In this document: positions 13,865 through 26,679 of the stretch, in pieces
Layout: every line of letters begins with the position of its first letter
Numbering within the stretch: position 1 is the first letter of the stretch
Source of the DNA: Squalus acanthias
Taxonomy: Eukaryota
Assembly: GCA_030390025.1 (NCBI GenBank)
Contig: CM059432.1
Coordinates: forward strand, 125,304,001-125,368,000
DNA: 64,000 nucleotides
Direction of reading: 5' to 3'
Program-made: the position numbers and the translations under genes
Notes under the pieces: generated by a model
Seen by the model: the letters and a program-made list of their open reading frames with translations, nothing else
The model's database searches: none
What the model was told of the DNA's origin: nothing

Positions 13865-14281
13865 CCCCCGGTTAAGCAACGCCTCGATTTAAAAATTCTC
13901 ATCCTTGTTTGCAAATCCCTCCATGGCCTCGCCCCTCCCCATCTCTGTAATCTCCCCCAGCCCTACAACCCTCCGAGATATCTGCGCTCCTCCAAGTCGG
14001 GCCTCGAGCATCCCCGATTTTAAATCACTCCACCATTGGTGGCCATGCCTTCAGCTGCCAAGCCCCAAGCTCTGGAATTCCCTCCCGAAACCTCTCCGCC
14101 TCTCTAGCCTCCTCTAAGGTGCTCCTTAAAACCTACCTCTTTGACCAAGCTTTTGGTCATCTGCCCTAATTTCTCCTTGTGGCTCGGTGTAAAATTTTGT
14201 TTGATAACGCTCTTGTGAAGAACTTTGGCGTCGTTTTACTATGTTAAAGGAGCTCCATAAATACAAGTTGTTGTTGTTGTT
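13865..14281 (+). mobile_element. L2 LINE 3' fragment
   Basis: PKLWNSLP motif, tail ending in (TTG)n. Confidence 0.88.
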
Positions 14282-14514
14282 GCATTTGTGTGGAACTCCT
14301 ATTTGGGTAACTGTCCTTGCGCTGCCCATATGCCCTTCTGGTCTTTTTCTCATACTTTTTGACATACTATGTGGATTATCCCTTCTTAAAGAAGAGAAGC
14401 AAATGTCAATTTGGCATGGGTCTCCAGGAATGTAACCATGGATTTGCTTTAGAAACTTGTTGAAAGAGACATGACATCCCCCTCCCCCACACATATATGA
14501 AGGCTATATCAATG

Positions 14515-14978
14515 AAAGAATGAACTAGCATATATATGGTGTCTTTCATGTCCTCAGGGTGTTCCAAAGTACTTCACAGCCGGTAACAACAATTTGCATT
14601 TACCGTCAATGTAGAAAAATGTCTCACGGCTCTTCACAGTAATCAGACAAAAATGGATGACATGCCGAGCTAAAGGAGGGCATATTATTACTTTTCAAGT
14701 GTAGTCATTGTTGTTTTGTAGGCAGCCAACTTCCTCACAGCAAGAAATGGCCAATCAATCTGTGTTGGTGGTGTTGACAGAGAAGAACATTGGCCAGGAT
14801 ACAAGAACTCCCTGCTCTTCAAAACAAAAGTGCTGCCTGAACAGACAGTTCCTCGGTTTAAGGTCTCATCCACCTCCGGCAACACTGCATGAAAGTGTCT
14901 CACGTCACAGAATGAGAACTGAACCCACAACCGCCTGATTCAAAAGGCAAGAGTGGTACCACTGAGCCAAGCTGACAG
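14515..14978 (-). mobile_element. Degenerate Deu-domain SINE copy (with a small L2-tail piece)
   Basis: Diverged reverse-complement match to 31581-32040. Confidence 0.7.
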
Positions 14979-15588
14979 TCATTTCTTTTAATCAGGAAAC
15001 ACAAGTAATAGTGACTAACACTAACACACCTGTGAGCATAAATATTGCCAGAACCCAACTAGAAATAAACTTTACCCTGTGAAATAGTGCCAGTCTAAAA
15101 ATGCAAACAGAAAGCCTCACTATCAAACAAATTGGTAAAACTATTTGAAATGTAAATTCACAGATAAAATACTTGTAGACTTACTTGGAGCAATAATCCA
15201 ATCTCATGAGGTCAGTGTTATGGCCTCATCGAACTCCCGACCAGATTACCAGCTTGTAATTCACTTAAAAGGGAATCATCTTCCTTTTAAAACACAGATT
15301 CACTCGTAGCCAGAGTAGGAACACACTAATATACGGTTCTCATTTATAGAATTTAAATAAATGTGTGGTTGCAAGAACACTAAAGCATAATTCAGCTGTA
15401 AAATATTTACTAACATATATCCCACAGTATATTGTACTTATTCTTGCATATATTTTTACACTTCTATTCATGTTGACCTATAGAAACAATACAGGTGATC
15501 AATCCTAGATTTATGGAAATGTTTATTTTGATTTGTTCTCGCTTGTTAATACTTCAAGAAAGAGAAAGACAGACAGCGAGGGGACTAT

Positions 15589-16794
15589 GGCCTAGAAATT
15601 CGATTAGGCCGGAGCCACCGCGGGCCGAGGTTAACGGCTGCCTGTAAAAAGAGCACAGGCAGCACCGGTATTCTGGTGTTCCTGCTGAGTTACATGAGCG
15701 GAGTGGAGAACCTCTTGTGCAACGCGTTCTTTCCAGCGGTAACCTCAGCAGGAAGCCGAAGGTCGCGTCTGAAGGATCAGTGCGGCGTTCTCTGGCAATC
15801 TGAAAGAGACATGGGTCTTGTGTGGGGTCCACAAATGGGTTCCAGACTGCCTGGCACTCCCACCTTCACTGGCTACCATAGGTCCACAGATGTTTCACCC
15901 AGATGGTTGCTGTGTAGAGGTTTGTGCTCCACCATGGTGCTAGAGGGGGAGGGGGATGCACTGTCTTGCAGCTTGCAGTGACAGTGCACTAGCCTGCATA
16001 TCGCATAGGGGATTCACTCCCTGGTGAGTGGGTCTTAAAGCACAGGCTTAGATCTGAAGGGACTGTGGCTGGAAACACCACATAAAGACGGTGGCATAGA
16101 TGTCCTTAAACCATTGCATGAGAAATCAATTGAAATACATTTTAAAAAAGGGGAACCTGAACCTCTTGGTCAGGAGTTTACTGGTGTAAATTGTACAGAA
16201 GAGAGTTCAATTAAATTTATAACAGCAGATGACTTTTGAAGAACTCTTGGTGAGAATATGGTAAAACAGACTTCCAAACTTTGCATATTATATTATTTTA
16301 TCAGTTCCTAAACTAGAAAATCCAATTTATAAAATTTAAGGATATTTAAGGCTTTGATTTTTTCCAGACATTATTACAACTGTAGTACAGTATAGTTTAT
16401 TTTAAAAGTATTTACCTCCTGTAATGTTTGACTGACCAGGTGTGCATCTTATTGGAAGCAGTTTTCACTCCAATTACATAGTCGGAGCTCTCCATAGTTA
16501 CCAGTTATCTCAGCCGCTTTCTCCCGGCTCTACGCACCGTCAACGGCTGCATGCATGGGCGTGCTTTGGAGAGCGGCAAGAGGAGCAGCGAGGTCCAAAA
16601 TGGATGAGCATGCATCCATTTGGCTTTGCACACCGATTGACATCACACTCCTGCTAATTACAATACTTGCGGCGAGCGCAGGCAACGGCAGTGCTACCAA
16701 CATGGCAAAAATGGCGGACGCTGGAAGCGGGCAGCCGCCATTTTTTTCAACAAAACCGGCCTTAACGGGCGTTAAACCCTCCAATTTCTAGGCC
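15589..16794. mobile_element. Harbinger/Tourist-like non-autonomous element (1206 bp)
   Basis: Perfect 12-bp TIR GGCCTAGAAATT/AATTTCTAGGCC, 3-bp TSD TAT (15586-15588, 16795-16797), CpG-rich ends. Confidence 0.85.
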
Positions 16795-17721
16795 TATATG
16801 TATTGTTTAAACTTTGGACACACTGCATTTCAAAGAAAATTCAGAACAAAGCATAAGTTTGTCTTGGCGACTAAGCAACTATGTGTGTATGAAAATTTCA
16901 GAATGAGAACTGCAGTGACCTACTAAATTCACTCAAAACATGCTGTACCCTCAGTTACTCTGAACCTAGACAACCTTAACTTAGCAACTGATTAAATGAA
17001 CTGCACAAACGGGTTTACAGATTTGACTGAAAAACATGACTAAAAATGAATTCAGACACATTCATTCTATGTTGCACACGGACTATGCAGCAGCACTCTT
17101 AAATCACCCAATTTACTTCTTGAGCTTGGATCATAGTCAAATTAAAGGCATGCTGTTATGAGCATACACAGATTTAAGCCATAAAGTGCTCAGATATCCT
17201 AATCTCTGTCAGTTTCACTTCTCTGCAGAACTGCTGTGCAATTGCAAACTGAAACTCAACTCAAGTTGCCATTAGAAGTCTTGACCATTTTATTTACACA
17301 GCACTAACTTTAATATACTTGGATATAATGCAGTTTCACAACACATTTCAGAGTCCAGAACTATACTTAAAGTTTATCAACTAATCACTACTTCCCGATT
17401 TATCTCGTCTTCTTCTGTACTCTTTAGGATATACAGATGGGGTTAGATGAATTAGGGTGGGAGGAGGCTTATGTAGACCAGTTTGGCCAAATGGCCTGTT
17501 TCTGTGCTATAACTACCATGTAATTCTTTTCAACACTGATGCGCTGTCATGCGCTATGGACCTTGGCCCTTCACCTGGGTTTTTTCAAATTGAGAAACCT
17601 ATTTCAAATAAACTCTCAATACTATTCAAGGTGTCAAATATACTCAAGATGGGATTTGGTGATTTTCCAAATAGACACAGACCTGCAAAACATTAAATAA
17701 CTGAGTCCCGTTGTCCATCAT

Positions 17722-18245
17722 CAACAACTACTTGCATTTATTGAGCACCTTTAACCATTGGTGGCCATGCATTCAGCTGCCTGGGCTCCAAGCTCTGGAA
17801 TTCCCTCCCTAAACCTCTCTACGCTCCTTTAAGACACTCCTTAAAACCTACCTCTTTGACCAAGCTTTTGGTCACCTGCCCTAATATCTCATGTGGTTCG
17901 GTGTCAAATTTTGTTTGATAACGCTACTGTGAAGCGCCTTGGGACGTTTTAAGGTGTGTCTTAAAGGAGAGAGAGGCGGAGAGGTTTAGGGAGGGAATTC
18001 CAGAGCTTGGAGCCTAGGTAACTGAAGGCATGGCCACCAATGGTTACAAGGTGAGATATAAATGCAAGTTGCTGTTATTGTTGTTGAAAAATGTTCACAG
18101 CACTCAGAGGCATAAATCAGACAAAAATGGACACCGAGCCAGAAAAAAAGATTAGGAGGGGTGATTAAAAGCTTGGTTTTAAGGAGGGTCTTAAAGGAGG
18201 CAAAGGAGGTTGAGAGGTTGAATATTTAGGGAGGGAATTCCAGAG
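17722..18245. repeat. Nested and inverted L2 3' fragments
   Basis: Plus- and minus-strand L2 tail pieces. 17753-17847 is inverted relative to ~17947-18045. Confidence 0.8.
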
Positions 18246-19366
18246 TGTGACCCTCTATATTTTTCTGAAAAGTATGTTTCACTGACAAACAGTAAGCTAC
18301 CAATAACCTCCAGCAAGCAGTTTCCATTCTTAAAAAAAAAGGGGGAAAGATGCCCATTTATATTAATAATCATAAGGGTACTGAGGCAATAAGGATCAGA
18401 CTGTATCAGTGTCACTATTAACCCAAGGGGAAGGAAAGTGAAGGGAGGGTACAGGATACAGCTGATCTCTCTCCTCCACTATCTGTATTACCAGTCAACC
18501 ACAAGATGCAGAAGCGGCTAGAGATAGCTCTCTGTAATCCCCAGACTCTACTATAACCAGCATGGAGCTCATAAGAGATCGCTGCGCTGATCTACCTATA
18601 ATGCATGTGGAGGTGGGGTTTACTTACCTGCAGAACTCAATCTGTACTTCAGTCAGGCTACAGTAAAACTAAGTGACAAACAACTGGGCAGTGAGGAACA
18701 CTGGCTATATTGTAGCATCTCTCAATTGTGTGACCTAAGTATGACTTAAACTAGTGAATCAGCATTTTAGAATGTATATTTTTACAACTTCCCCATTTCA
18801 TTCCATTACTGGAATTTAAATCTGTGGTTACTGGATGACAAAGTTGGTTTTTTTTAAAATTAGGTCTTCTGCATCAATCATGATCCTCCAGTTGAGGGTG
18901 GAGAGTTGACCTATTCACAAAAGTCCAGCTATTACGAGTAACCCAGAGAGGTTTTTTCCTCCCTCTTTGGGGTAAGGAGCTGACCTGCATTCAATGTCTT
19001 CTCCCTGATGCATGGCCAAGACGGTTGACATGGCAAGATCCCAATTAAGTCTATGCCAATGATTCTGTTCCGATACCCTTTCCAATAACCATAACGCCAG
19101 GTAGAGCTCCTCCAATGGCCTAATGAATAAAGGCACTGCCTGGTGCAGCACTAAATCATACAGAGCACAAGATTCAAATCCCAGTTTCGATCACCACCAT
19201 CACATTAGCAGTTGGAGCTCTGCAACTAAACCCAGCACCCTGGGCTAAGGAGAAAAATAAAACTGGCCAGGAATCCCATTGCTCATCTGACAGCCCCTGC
19301 TGAAAAGTGCATGTGTGGGCATCAGTAGAGAGAAATATTGGGCTGCCGAGCCTCACTTTCTAGGTT

Positions 19367-19840
19367 AGAAACATAGAAGATAGGAGCAGGAGTAGGCCAT
19401 TCGGCCCCTCGAGCCTGTTCCGCCATTTAATGAGATCATAGCTGATCATCCAAATTCAGTACCCTGTCCCTGCTTTCTCCCCATATCCCTATAGCCTTAA
19501 GAAATATATCTAACTCCTTCTTGAATATATTTAATGAATTGGCCTCAACTGCCTTGTGTGGTAGAGAATTCCACAGGTTCACCACTCTCTGGGTGAAGAA
19601 ATTCCTCATCTCAGTCCGAAATGGCTTACCCCTTATCCTTAGACTGTGACCCCTGGTTCTGGACTCCCTCGCCATCGGGAACATCCTTCCTGCAACTAGT
19701 CTGTCTAGTCCTGTCAGAATTTTATAAGTTTCAATGAGATCCCCTCTCATTCTTCTAAACTCTAGCGAATATAAGCCTAATCGACCCAATCTCTCTTCAT
19801 ACGACATTCCTGCCATCCCAGGTATTAGTCTGGTGAATCT
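19367..19840 (-). mobile_element. CR1 LINE 3' fragment
   Basis: GMSYEERLGRLGLYSLEFRRMRGDLIETYK...FFTQRVVNLWNSLP. Confidence 0.92.
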
Positions 19841-19842
19841 TA

Positions 19843-20153
19843 GCCTGTGCTCAGTGAGCTGACTACTCTAACCCGGTGTGGTAGTGAGCCCAACACACAG
19901 AGCAGGAAGATCCCAGGCTCCATCCCCGGCCTGTGCTGTGTGAGCTGCTCTTGCCAGGGTGTGGTAATTAGCCACACAGAGCAGGAAGATCCCAGGCTCC
20001 ATCCCCAGCCTGTGCTGTGTGAGCTGCTCTTGCCAGGGTGTGGTAATTAGCCACACAGAGCAGGAAGATCCCAGGCTCCATCCCCGGCCTGTGCTGTGTG
20101 AGCTGCTCTTGTCCGGGTGTGGTAATTAGCCACACAAACAGAGCAGGAAGATC
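19843..20153. repeat. 79-bp minisatellite, about 4 copies
   Basis: GCCTGTGCTGTGTGAGCTG recurs at 19929, 20008 and 20087, with a diverged first copy at 19843. Confidence 0.92.
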
Positions 20154-20937
20154 AGGTTCACACTTGAAGGAGGGCCACGAGGGCAAGCTGCAGAAGAGCC
20201 CCTGGCACTATATCCCAGCAAGGAGTTAACGCCTTCAAAGAGAGGGAAGGGAGATAAATTGGCTGAAAAGACTGTTGTAATCCAGGATAATAAATGCCTA
20301 TAATTACTGCTTTTCTACCTGTTTAGAAAAAACTTCAACAAGGATTTGAAAGACTGTTTACAGCAGACTATGAAATCCACCAGAGGTGGCTCAGGAATTC
20401 AATCCGTGTATGATTAGTGTTCCAGCAAAAGAATATACTCCCATAATAAAACTTTAGCAGACCACCCTAGTGGCAATTTGCAGGCCTTGTTTATCAACGC
20501 CCAACTCCAAGACAACATGGCTGGAGCGGCATTTGAGTTGTCAGTCATTGTGCACGTGAGGATACTAAAGGGCTGTAGTTAGGGCTTTAATGTTTGGAGG
20601 GTGATTTTGGTTACCTGGGCCCTCTCCAGTCAGTTGGAACTTTTCATTTTTTTTAAAATCTACTGAATAGATTGATTTACTTAACATTAGATCCAAACAA
20701 ACTGCGTAGATTTAAAAACGAATTCTGAACCAAATAAATTTGAAACCTTGAGAAATTTACATCAATGGAAACTCTTGATTCATATTATACTTCATGCTTT
20801 TTTATGAAAGAGAAAATGTCCCAAAGAACATTTCCGTTGAGCAGCAGCTTTCTAACTGTTGTATGGGGAAGCCCATGCAGCTCCCAGGCTCCTTCTGTTC
20901 TAACTTCCAAAGTTCAGCTCCCCAAAACTGTACCTGA

Positions 20938-21150
20938 CCAATATTTATCCCTCAATCAACATCACAAAAAGAGAGAGATTATCTGGTCATTGTTACATTG
21001 CCGTTTGTGGGAGCTTGCTGTGCGCAAATTGGCTGCCACGTTTCCTACATTACAACAGTGATTAAATTTCAAAAGTACTTCACTGGCTGTAAAGCGCTTT
21101 CAGACATCCTTAGGTCGTGAAAGGCGCTATATAAATGTAAGGCTTTCTTT
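20938..21150 (+). mobile_element. 5'-truncated Deu-domain SINE
   Basis: Matches the 3' half of 31581-32040. Confidence 0.85.
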
Positions 21151-21774
21151 CTTTCCTTCATCATCGCATAATATTTTTCCTCCTTATTAGTAAATATACA
21201 GCAACAGAAATGCTACTAACTTCAACAAATACAGAAAAATACAGAGATCCAAATGAGATGGGCAGACATCTGATAATCTTGTGGTCCCCTGGGATCCCCA
21301 GTTGGAAACCTGTGCCCCGAGTGACATCAACTGTTAACAGCCCTATCAAAGTACTGTAGTGTAAATGTTTTACATAACTGCATTGTGACTATTACTATAC
21401 TTACCTCAATCTCTGAAAACAAAAACCAAGTCCAGATTTCCAAAATTCAAAAATATTAGAGCTTCTATCAATATTCTCAGCAGTCTGAAATTATCCTTGC
21501 ATTCTTCAAGATCCAGAAATAGACCTGAACATCTATCTGTACATTTTTAATGTCAAGCCTATCATGTCAGCTTGGTCTCAGAAATAATTTTATGAAAAGA
21601 TAGTACTTAAAACAGTTGCTAGGGTAGTCTGTTAAAGATTTATTTTGGGCATATTCCTTTCTTGATTTTTTTAGGATGATATTTCTACTAAAATATTAAA
21701 GGGATTTGTGTGTGTTCAGGTGATGCAATGACAGCATTTGGCAGTATGATTGGATCTGATTAGCCACTGAGGGA

Positions 21775-23092
21775 TACATAAGACGTAGGAGCAGGACGAG
21801 GTCATTTGGCCCCTCGAGCCTGCCCTGCCATTCAATAAGATCATGGTTGATCTGATCTTGGCCTCAAGTCCACTTCCCTGCCCGCTCCCCATAACCCTTG
21901 ACTCCCTTATCATTCAAAAATCTGTCTATCTCCATCTTAAATATATTCAATGACCCAGCCTCCACAGCTCTCTGGGGAAGAGAATTCCAAAGATTCACGA
22001 CCCTCAGAAGAAATTCCTCCTCATTTCCAATTTAAAAGGGTTCCCCCTTATTCTGAAATGATGCCACCTAGTTCTAGATTCCCCCACGAGGGAATACATC
22101 CTCTCTGCATCTACCCTGTCAAGCCCCTTCAGAATCTTATATGTTTCAATAAGATCCCCTCTCATTCTTCTAAACTCCAATGAGTATAGGCCCAACCTGC
22201 TCAACCTTTCTTCATAAGACAACCCCTTCATCTCCGGAATCAACCTCGTGAACCTTCTCTGAACTGCCTCCAATGCAAGTATATCCTTCCTTAAATAAGG
22301 AGACCAAAACTGTACGCAGTACTCCAGGTGTGGTCTCACCAACGCCCTGTACAGTTGTAACAAGACTTCCCTACTTTTATACTCCATTCCCTTTGCAATA
22401 AAGGCCAACATTTCATTTGCCTTCCTAATTACTTGCTGTACCTGCATGCTAACTTTTTAAGATTCATGTACAAGGACCCCCAGATCCCTCTGTACCTCAG
22501 CATTTTGTAATCTCTCCCCATTTAAATAATAACTTGCTTTTTTATTTTTCCTACCAAAGTGGATAACCTCACATTTTCCCACATTAAACTTCATCTGCCA
22601 GATTTTTGCCCACTCACTTAGCCTATCTATATCCCTTTGGAGATTCTTTGCGTCCTCCACACAATTTGCTTTCCCACCTATCTTTGTATAAGCAGCAAAT
22701 TTGGCTATACAGGAAACTCTCTTTTAACCGGCACCCAAATAACCGGAAATCTCTCTTAATCGGCAAAATTCTTGAGTAGGTAACCGGGGTTTTCCTTCAT
22801 CTCTCCTTTAAAAATAACTCTTAAAAAAACCGAGGCATTTGCCTTGTATCGGAGCATGTAGATTGGGAGGGGAATGTGCAGCCCGGGTAGGCAGCGGACA
22901 CGACAGATGGTCAGCTGGCGGTCCCCGGGGAGACGGAGCTCCGAATGCAGGCGCATGTCAGTGTGTACGGGGCTCTCGTACGTTGGGAGATATAACTCTC
23001 CATTATCCAGACTTTTTGATTAACCAGCACCACGCCGGTCCCGGTTAATAAAGAGTTTCCTGTATTACACTCAGTCCCTTCATCCAAGTCAT
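21775..23092 (-). mobile_element. CR1 LINE 3' fragment with nested Tigger-like MITE
   Basis: ORFs 22004-22447 and 22457-22660 are the CR1 RT C-terminal region. Confidence 0.92.
22710..23062. mobile_element. Tc1/mariner-superfamily (pogo/Tigger-like) MITE, 353 bp, nested in CR1
   Basis: 22-bp TIR CAGGAAACTCTCTTTTAACCGG (20/22), TA duplication on both sides. CR1 sequence resumes after 23064. Confidence 0.9.
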
Positions 23093-24124
23093 TACGACAT
23101 TAGCATTTTGGACATTATTTAGACTCAAGATATTCTAGAATGCTTGCCAGAAATATATAAGCCTTGTGGATCCATTGCTTCAGTGTTACTTCAACAAAAG
23201 ATTGAAAAGGAATTAGCTCTATTCTGCAATTCACAACCGGGTAATTAATGCTCATAGACTGGCTGAGTGCGCAACAACCTCAAGACTTTAACTTGAATCT
23301 GGGATTTAAAATACAGTGAAAGAAGCATGGTTATGACAAGTCTATCTCAGGTCTGGGTGACCTTAAGAGGCCACTATAACCTCAGCTTAAATGATCTTAC
23401 ATCTGATCACACTACAAAATAACAACCAGTAGTGGGAAAGCAGTGCAGTTGATGTCAGTGATTAGACAGCTGGAGACTATGCAAAATATCCATTTTGTCA
23501 GATGGCTGAAAAAGAAGCCAACCTCAGTACTATACCGTCACAAAATTGAGAAACTACAACTTCCTCATCTCCTGGAGTATATACCTTGTTTAACACGGAC
23601 TGTATTAGTAGACATTCTTTGATCCCATCTGCAGTAAGGAAGTGAGCACACATTGCAACCGCACCGACCACAAAATCGCGCTGCCCCACCCCCTGGCCCC
23701 GCAACCCCTGCGCCCCGACTCGCACGCCTACACTACCCTCGCAAGCCCCATGTCCCGCAAACCCCCTGTCCATGCATCCCCTGACCCACACCCCTCGGAG
23801 TAAGAAGGCACACACTATTGAAACAAATAAGCAAACCACTCTCTTGCAACAGGTTTGTATCCATTTCTATCTCTGTTCAAATTTCACGCTAGTGACAGCA
23901 TCAATCTTCATAATTTTCTATCCACGTATTCAAAGAAGTTTATCGAATATCCAGCCAAACATGTATACACTCCACCAAGTCTTAGATTTGTGACATTTAT
24001 GATCGGTAACAGAATCAAAGGTTTTAGGAAGGCCAAAGTTACCCAAGAGTTACAAATATTTAGCCCTTCTGCCCTTCCCTGCCAAATCAAACCACATCAC
24101 TGCTCAGGCACATTAAAAGACACA

Positions 24125-24837
24125 GGGCTGGATTTTCATAGGGCCGTGGAGGCGGGTTTGGAGGCGTGTGGGGGGTTAAAATTGCAAAAAGTGGCGGGCG
24201 GACCTGATCCCGCCTCCATGCAATTTTGATAAAATCGTGTGCGGTGTTCCCAACTCCGTCCCGCCTCCAAGAGGCGGGAGAGGCCATTAAAGCCCTTAAC
24301 AAGCCCTAAATTGGCTCTGTAATGCCATTTTGAAACGTTTTAGCTCGTTTAACCCTTATCCTACGTGAAGCACGCCTGAAACCTGGCGGGAGCACAAGTG
24401 GATAGCTGACTATCAGCTGCAGGTCCACTATTACAATGGAAATGTGATGAAGGTAGTAGTAGTATTAGGTCTGAAAGTCGCCTCTGATGCTGCTACATTG
24501 AATGTCTTCAGAGACTGCCTGGCCTTTGATGTGAGAGGACCTGGATGCAAAAAAAATTCTCTCTCTCTCTGAGCTGCTGCTCATTTTGCATCCAGGTCCA
24601 CTAACAGCAAAGGCCAGGCAGTCTCTGAAGACCTTCAATGCAGCAGCAATGATGACATCATCAGAGGCGACTTTCAGACTGAAAACACTAATTGGTTCAT
24701 GTGTTCCCACTTGCTGGAACTCAATTGCCCAATTAGGTGAAAATTGCATCAATCTCCCACATCCAATTGCAGTCGGGTGGATAACACGAAATGCAGATGA
24801 CACGACCCCAGCCCGCCCCAGTATCAAAATCCAGCCC
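24125..24837. mobile_element. 713-bp MITE related to the Harbinger element at 48137-51294
   Basis: Same TIRs (GGGCTGGATTTTCATA / TATCAAAATCCAGCCC). Both subterminal regions align by eye with the large element. Flanked by ACA on both sides. Confidence 0.9.
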
Positions 24838-25094
24838 ACACACTCCACAGGATTTTACGATCCAAAAAACAAACCACAAAAAGTAAGACACACCCACATA
24901 CACAATTCCTACACAGATATTTGTTACTGCAATTGAAAAAAGGATATGCTTTGGATTTAGCAAGTAATATGAAATACAACTATTTAGGAGGCTCGGTCAT
25001 TAAATGCAACCCAAGGCTTTCAGCCAAGGTATTTACTCCTGATCACTATCCAGCGACTCCACCTGGAAAGGTTCATGTTAGCTGCAAAGTCTAA

Positions 25095-25360
25095 GAGGTC
25101 GATTTTAACCCTACTCGCTCAGCAGAAAGCTGGCAGGTGAGCAATTAAAAGCGCCTTGGCTCTTAGCTGTCTGAAAGCCGCCACAATCGCAACATCTGCA
25201 ATTTTAACCTGCTCTCCTGAGCAGGCAGCAAGGGCACGCGCCCAGAACCAACGGTCCTTCTTTACATATGCATGTTGCGGCCCAATGGCATAATTGAGAC
25301 CCAGCTGCAATTTTAACTCGGGCCTGAGCGGGGAATCCACCTGGAGTTAAAAATCGGGGG
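25095..25360. mobile_element. Degenerate short MITE inserted in an older SINE-like repeat
   Basis: Inverted ends CGATTTTAAC ... GTTAAAAATCG. It interrupts a repeat that continues on both sides. Confidence 0.45.
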
Positions 25361-25946
25361 CAAATAGTCTACTCATACCCACCATTTGGGCTCACAGGTT
25401 AAGAACAGCCACTTTGGTGAGGTACTGGAGGATGACCAGTGTTGACAGAAGTGTATCCCAGCAAAGGCTAGGAGGGGAACACACTAGAAAAACTAAACTT
25501 TAATATCCATACAAACAACTGAAGATTGTTTGGGAACCATAAGTTAGCATTACATTCTTTTTATTGGCCTTAGGAGGCCACTGCCAGGCGTACTACTTCG
25601 AATGGAGCGCAGCCTGAACATCAATAAGCTGCATGTACCAGAAAGCAAATGCTATCTCTAACAAAGAACAGTCCTGGCTGGCCTTTACTGTCTAACAGTC
25701 ATTATCCTCACATTCAAAAGACTTTGCTCTTACTCGAAAAACTTTGTATTTTAGACAATGACATAGATTTGATCTTCATATTCCTTTCTATTCACATCAC
25801 CAGCAGCATACCAAAACTGTGCCTCAAGCAGCGTTTTAAACAAAAGAAATTAACTGCATTCATTCTTTATGGAAAAAGTTGATCAATATAGGCACAAAGC
25901 CCAATCAAAAATAAAAAAATTTCCTGAAACAAAGTTATTACATATT

Positions 25947-26679
25947 GGGCCGGATATTCCAATCCCTACGGGTGGGTACGCGCTGTGTACTCACCCGTAG
26001 GGACATCGGAAATGCCGGTTTCAGGCATGCACAGCGCATGTGCTGGAAACCGGCATTTCCGATCTGTCAAGAAATCACTTGACAGATCCTCCACATGCAC
26101 TGGAGAAGAGCCTCTATGGGCGGATAGTTCCGCTTTTTGGAGACCCTCCGCCCGCAGAAAACCCTTATAATTCTTACACCTGGTAAAAGCAGGCGTAAGG
26201 CCTGCTTTTACCAGGATGAGAGTTGAAAAAAGTAAAAAAAATAATTTTTTCACTGATTTATCATTTAAAAATACTTACAAAAAAGGTAAGTTTATTTTTA
26301 GCCCCATAAAAAACTTTATTTTTTTCAAAAATTTAAATTTTTGTTTAAAATAGTTAATTTATTGTAATTTAGGTCATTTTAAAAATGTGATTTTTTTTTT
26401 CATTTATTTAAAGTTTTACTATGTTTTGGGGGTGATCTCCATTCATATAGGACAGGTCTTCCTGTCAAGTGTATGAAGGGAGATTCCCTTCTGTGATTGG
26501 CTCCCCATGGCCCACGTGCGAACTACTTGCGCCTCTGGGATAAGAGGGCCCTGCACACCGGCAGTTTGGAGAGGCCCAGCATCAGAAGTGTGCACCCGGG
26601 AGCCCTCAGGTAAGGGCGCAGATTTTTCCAGATCGCAGTCCTCCGCCCGTGGGAGACCTGCGATCGGAATATCTGGGCC
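25947..26679. mobile_element. Harbinger/Tourist-like MITE (733 bp)
   Basis: TIR GGGCCGGATATTCC / GGAATATCTGGGCC (12/14), 3-bp TSD ATT, GC-rich arms with an A/T-rich centre. Confidence 0.85.

Noticed and set aside
19843..20153. Possible CRISPR-like array
   Set aside because: Units are contiguous near-identical 79-mers with no unique spacers, in a eukaryotic context with no cas genes.
20376..20476. Two convergent CTCF-like motifs
   Set aside because: Both mismatch the core GGC positions and cannot be supported without PWM scoring.
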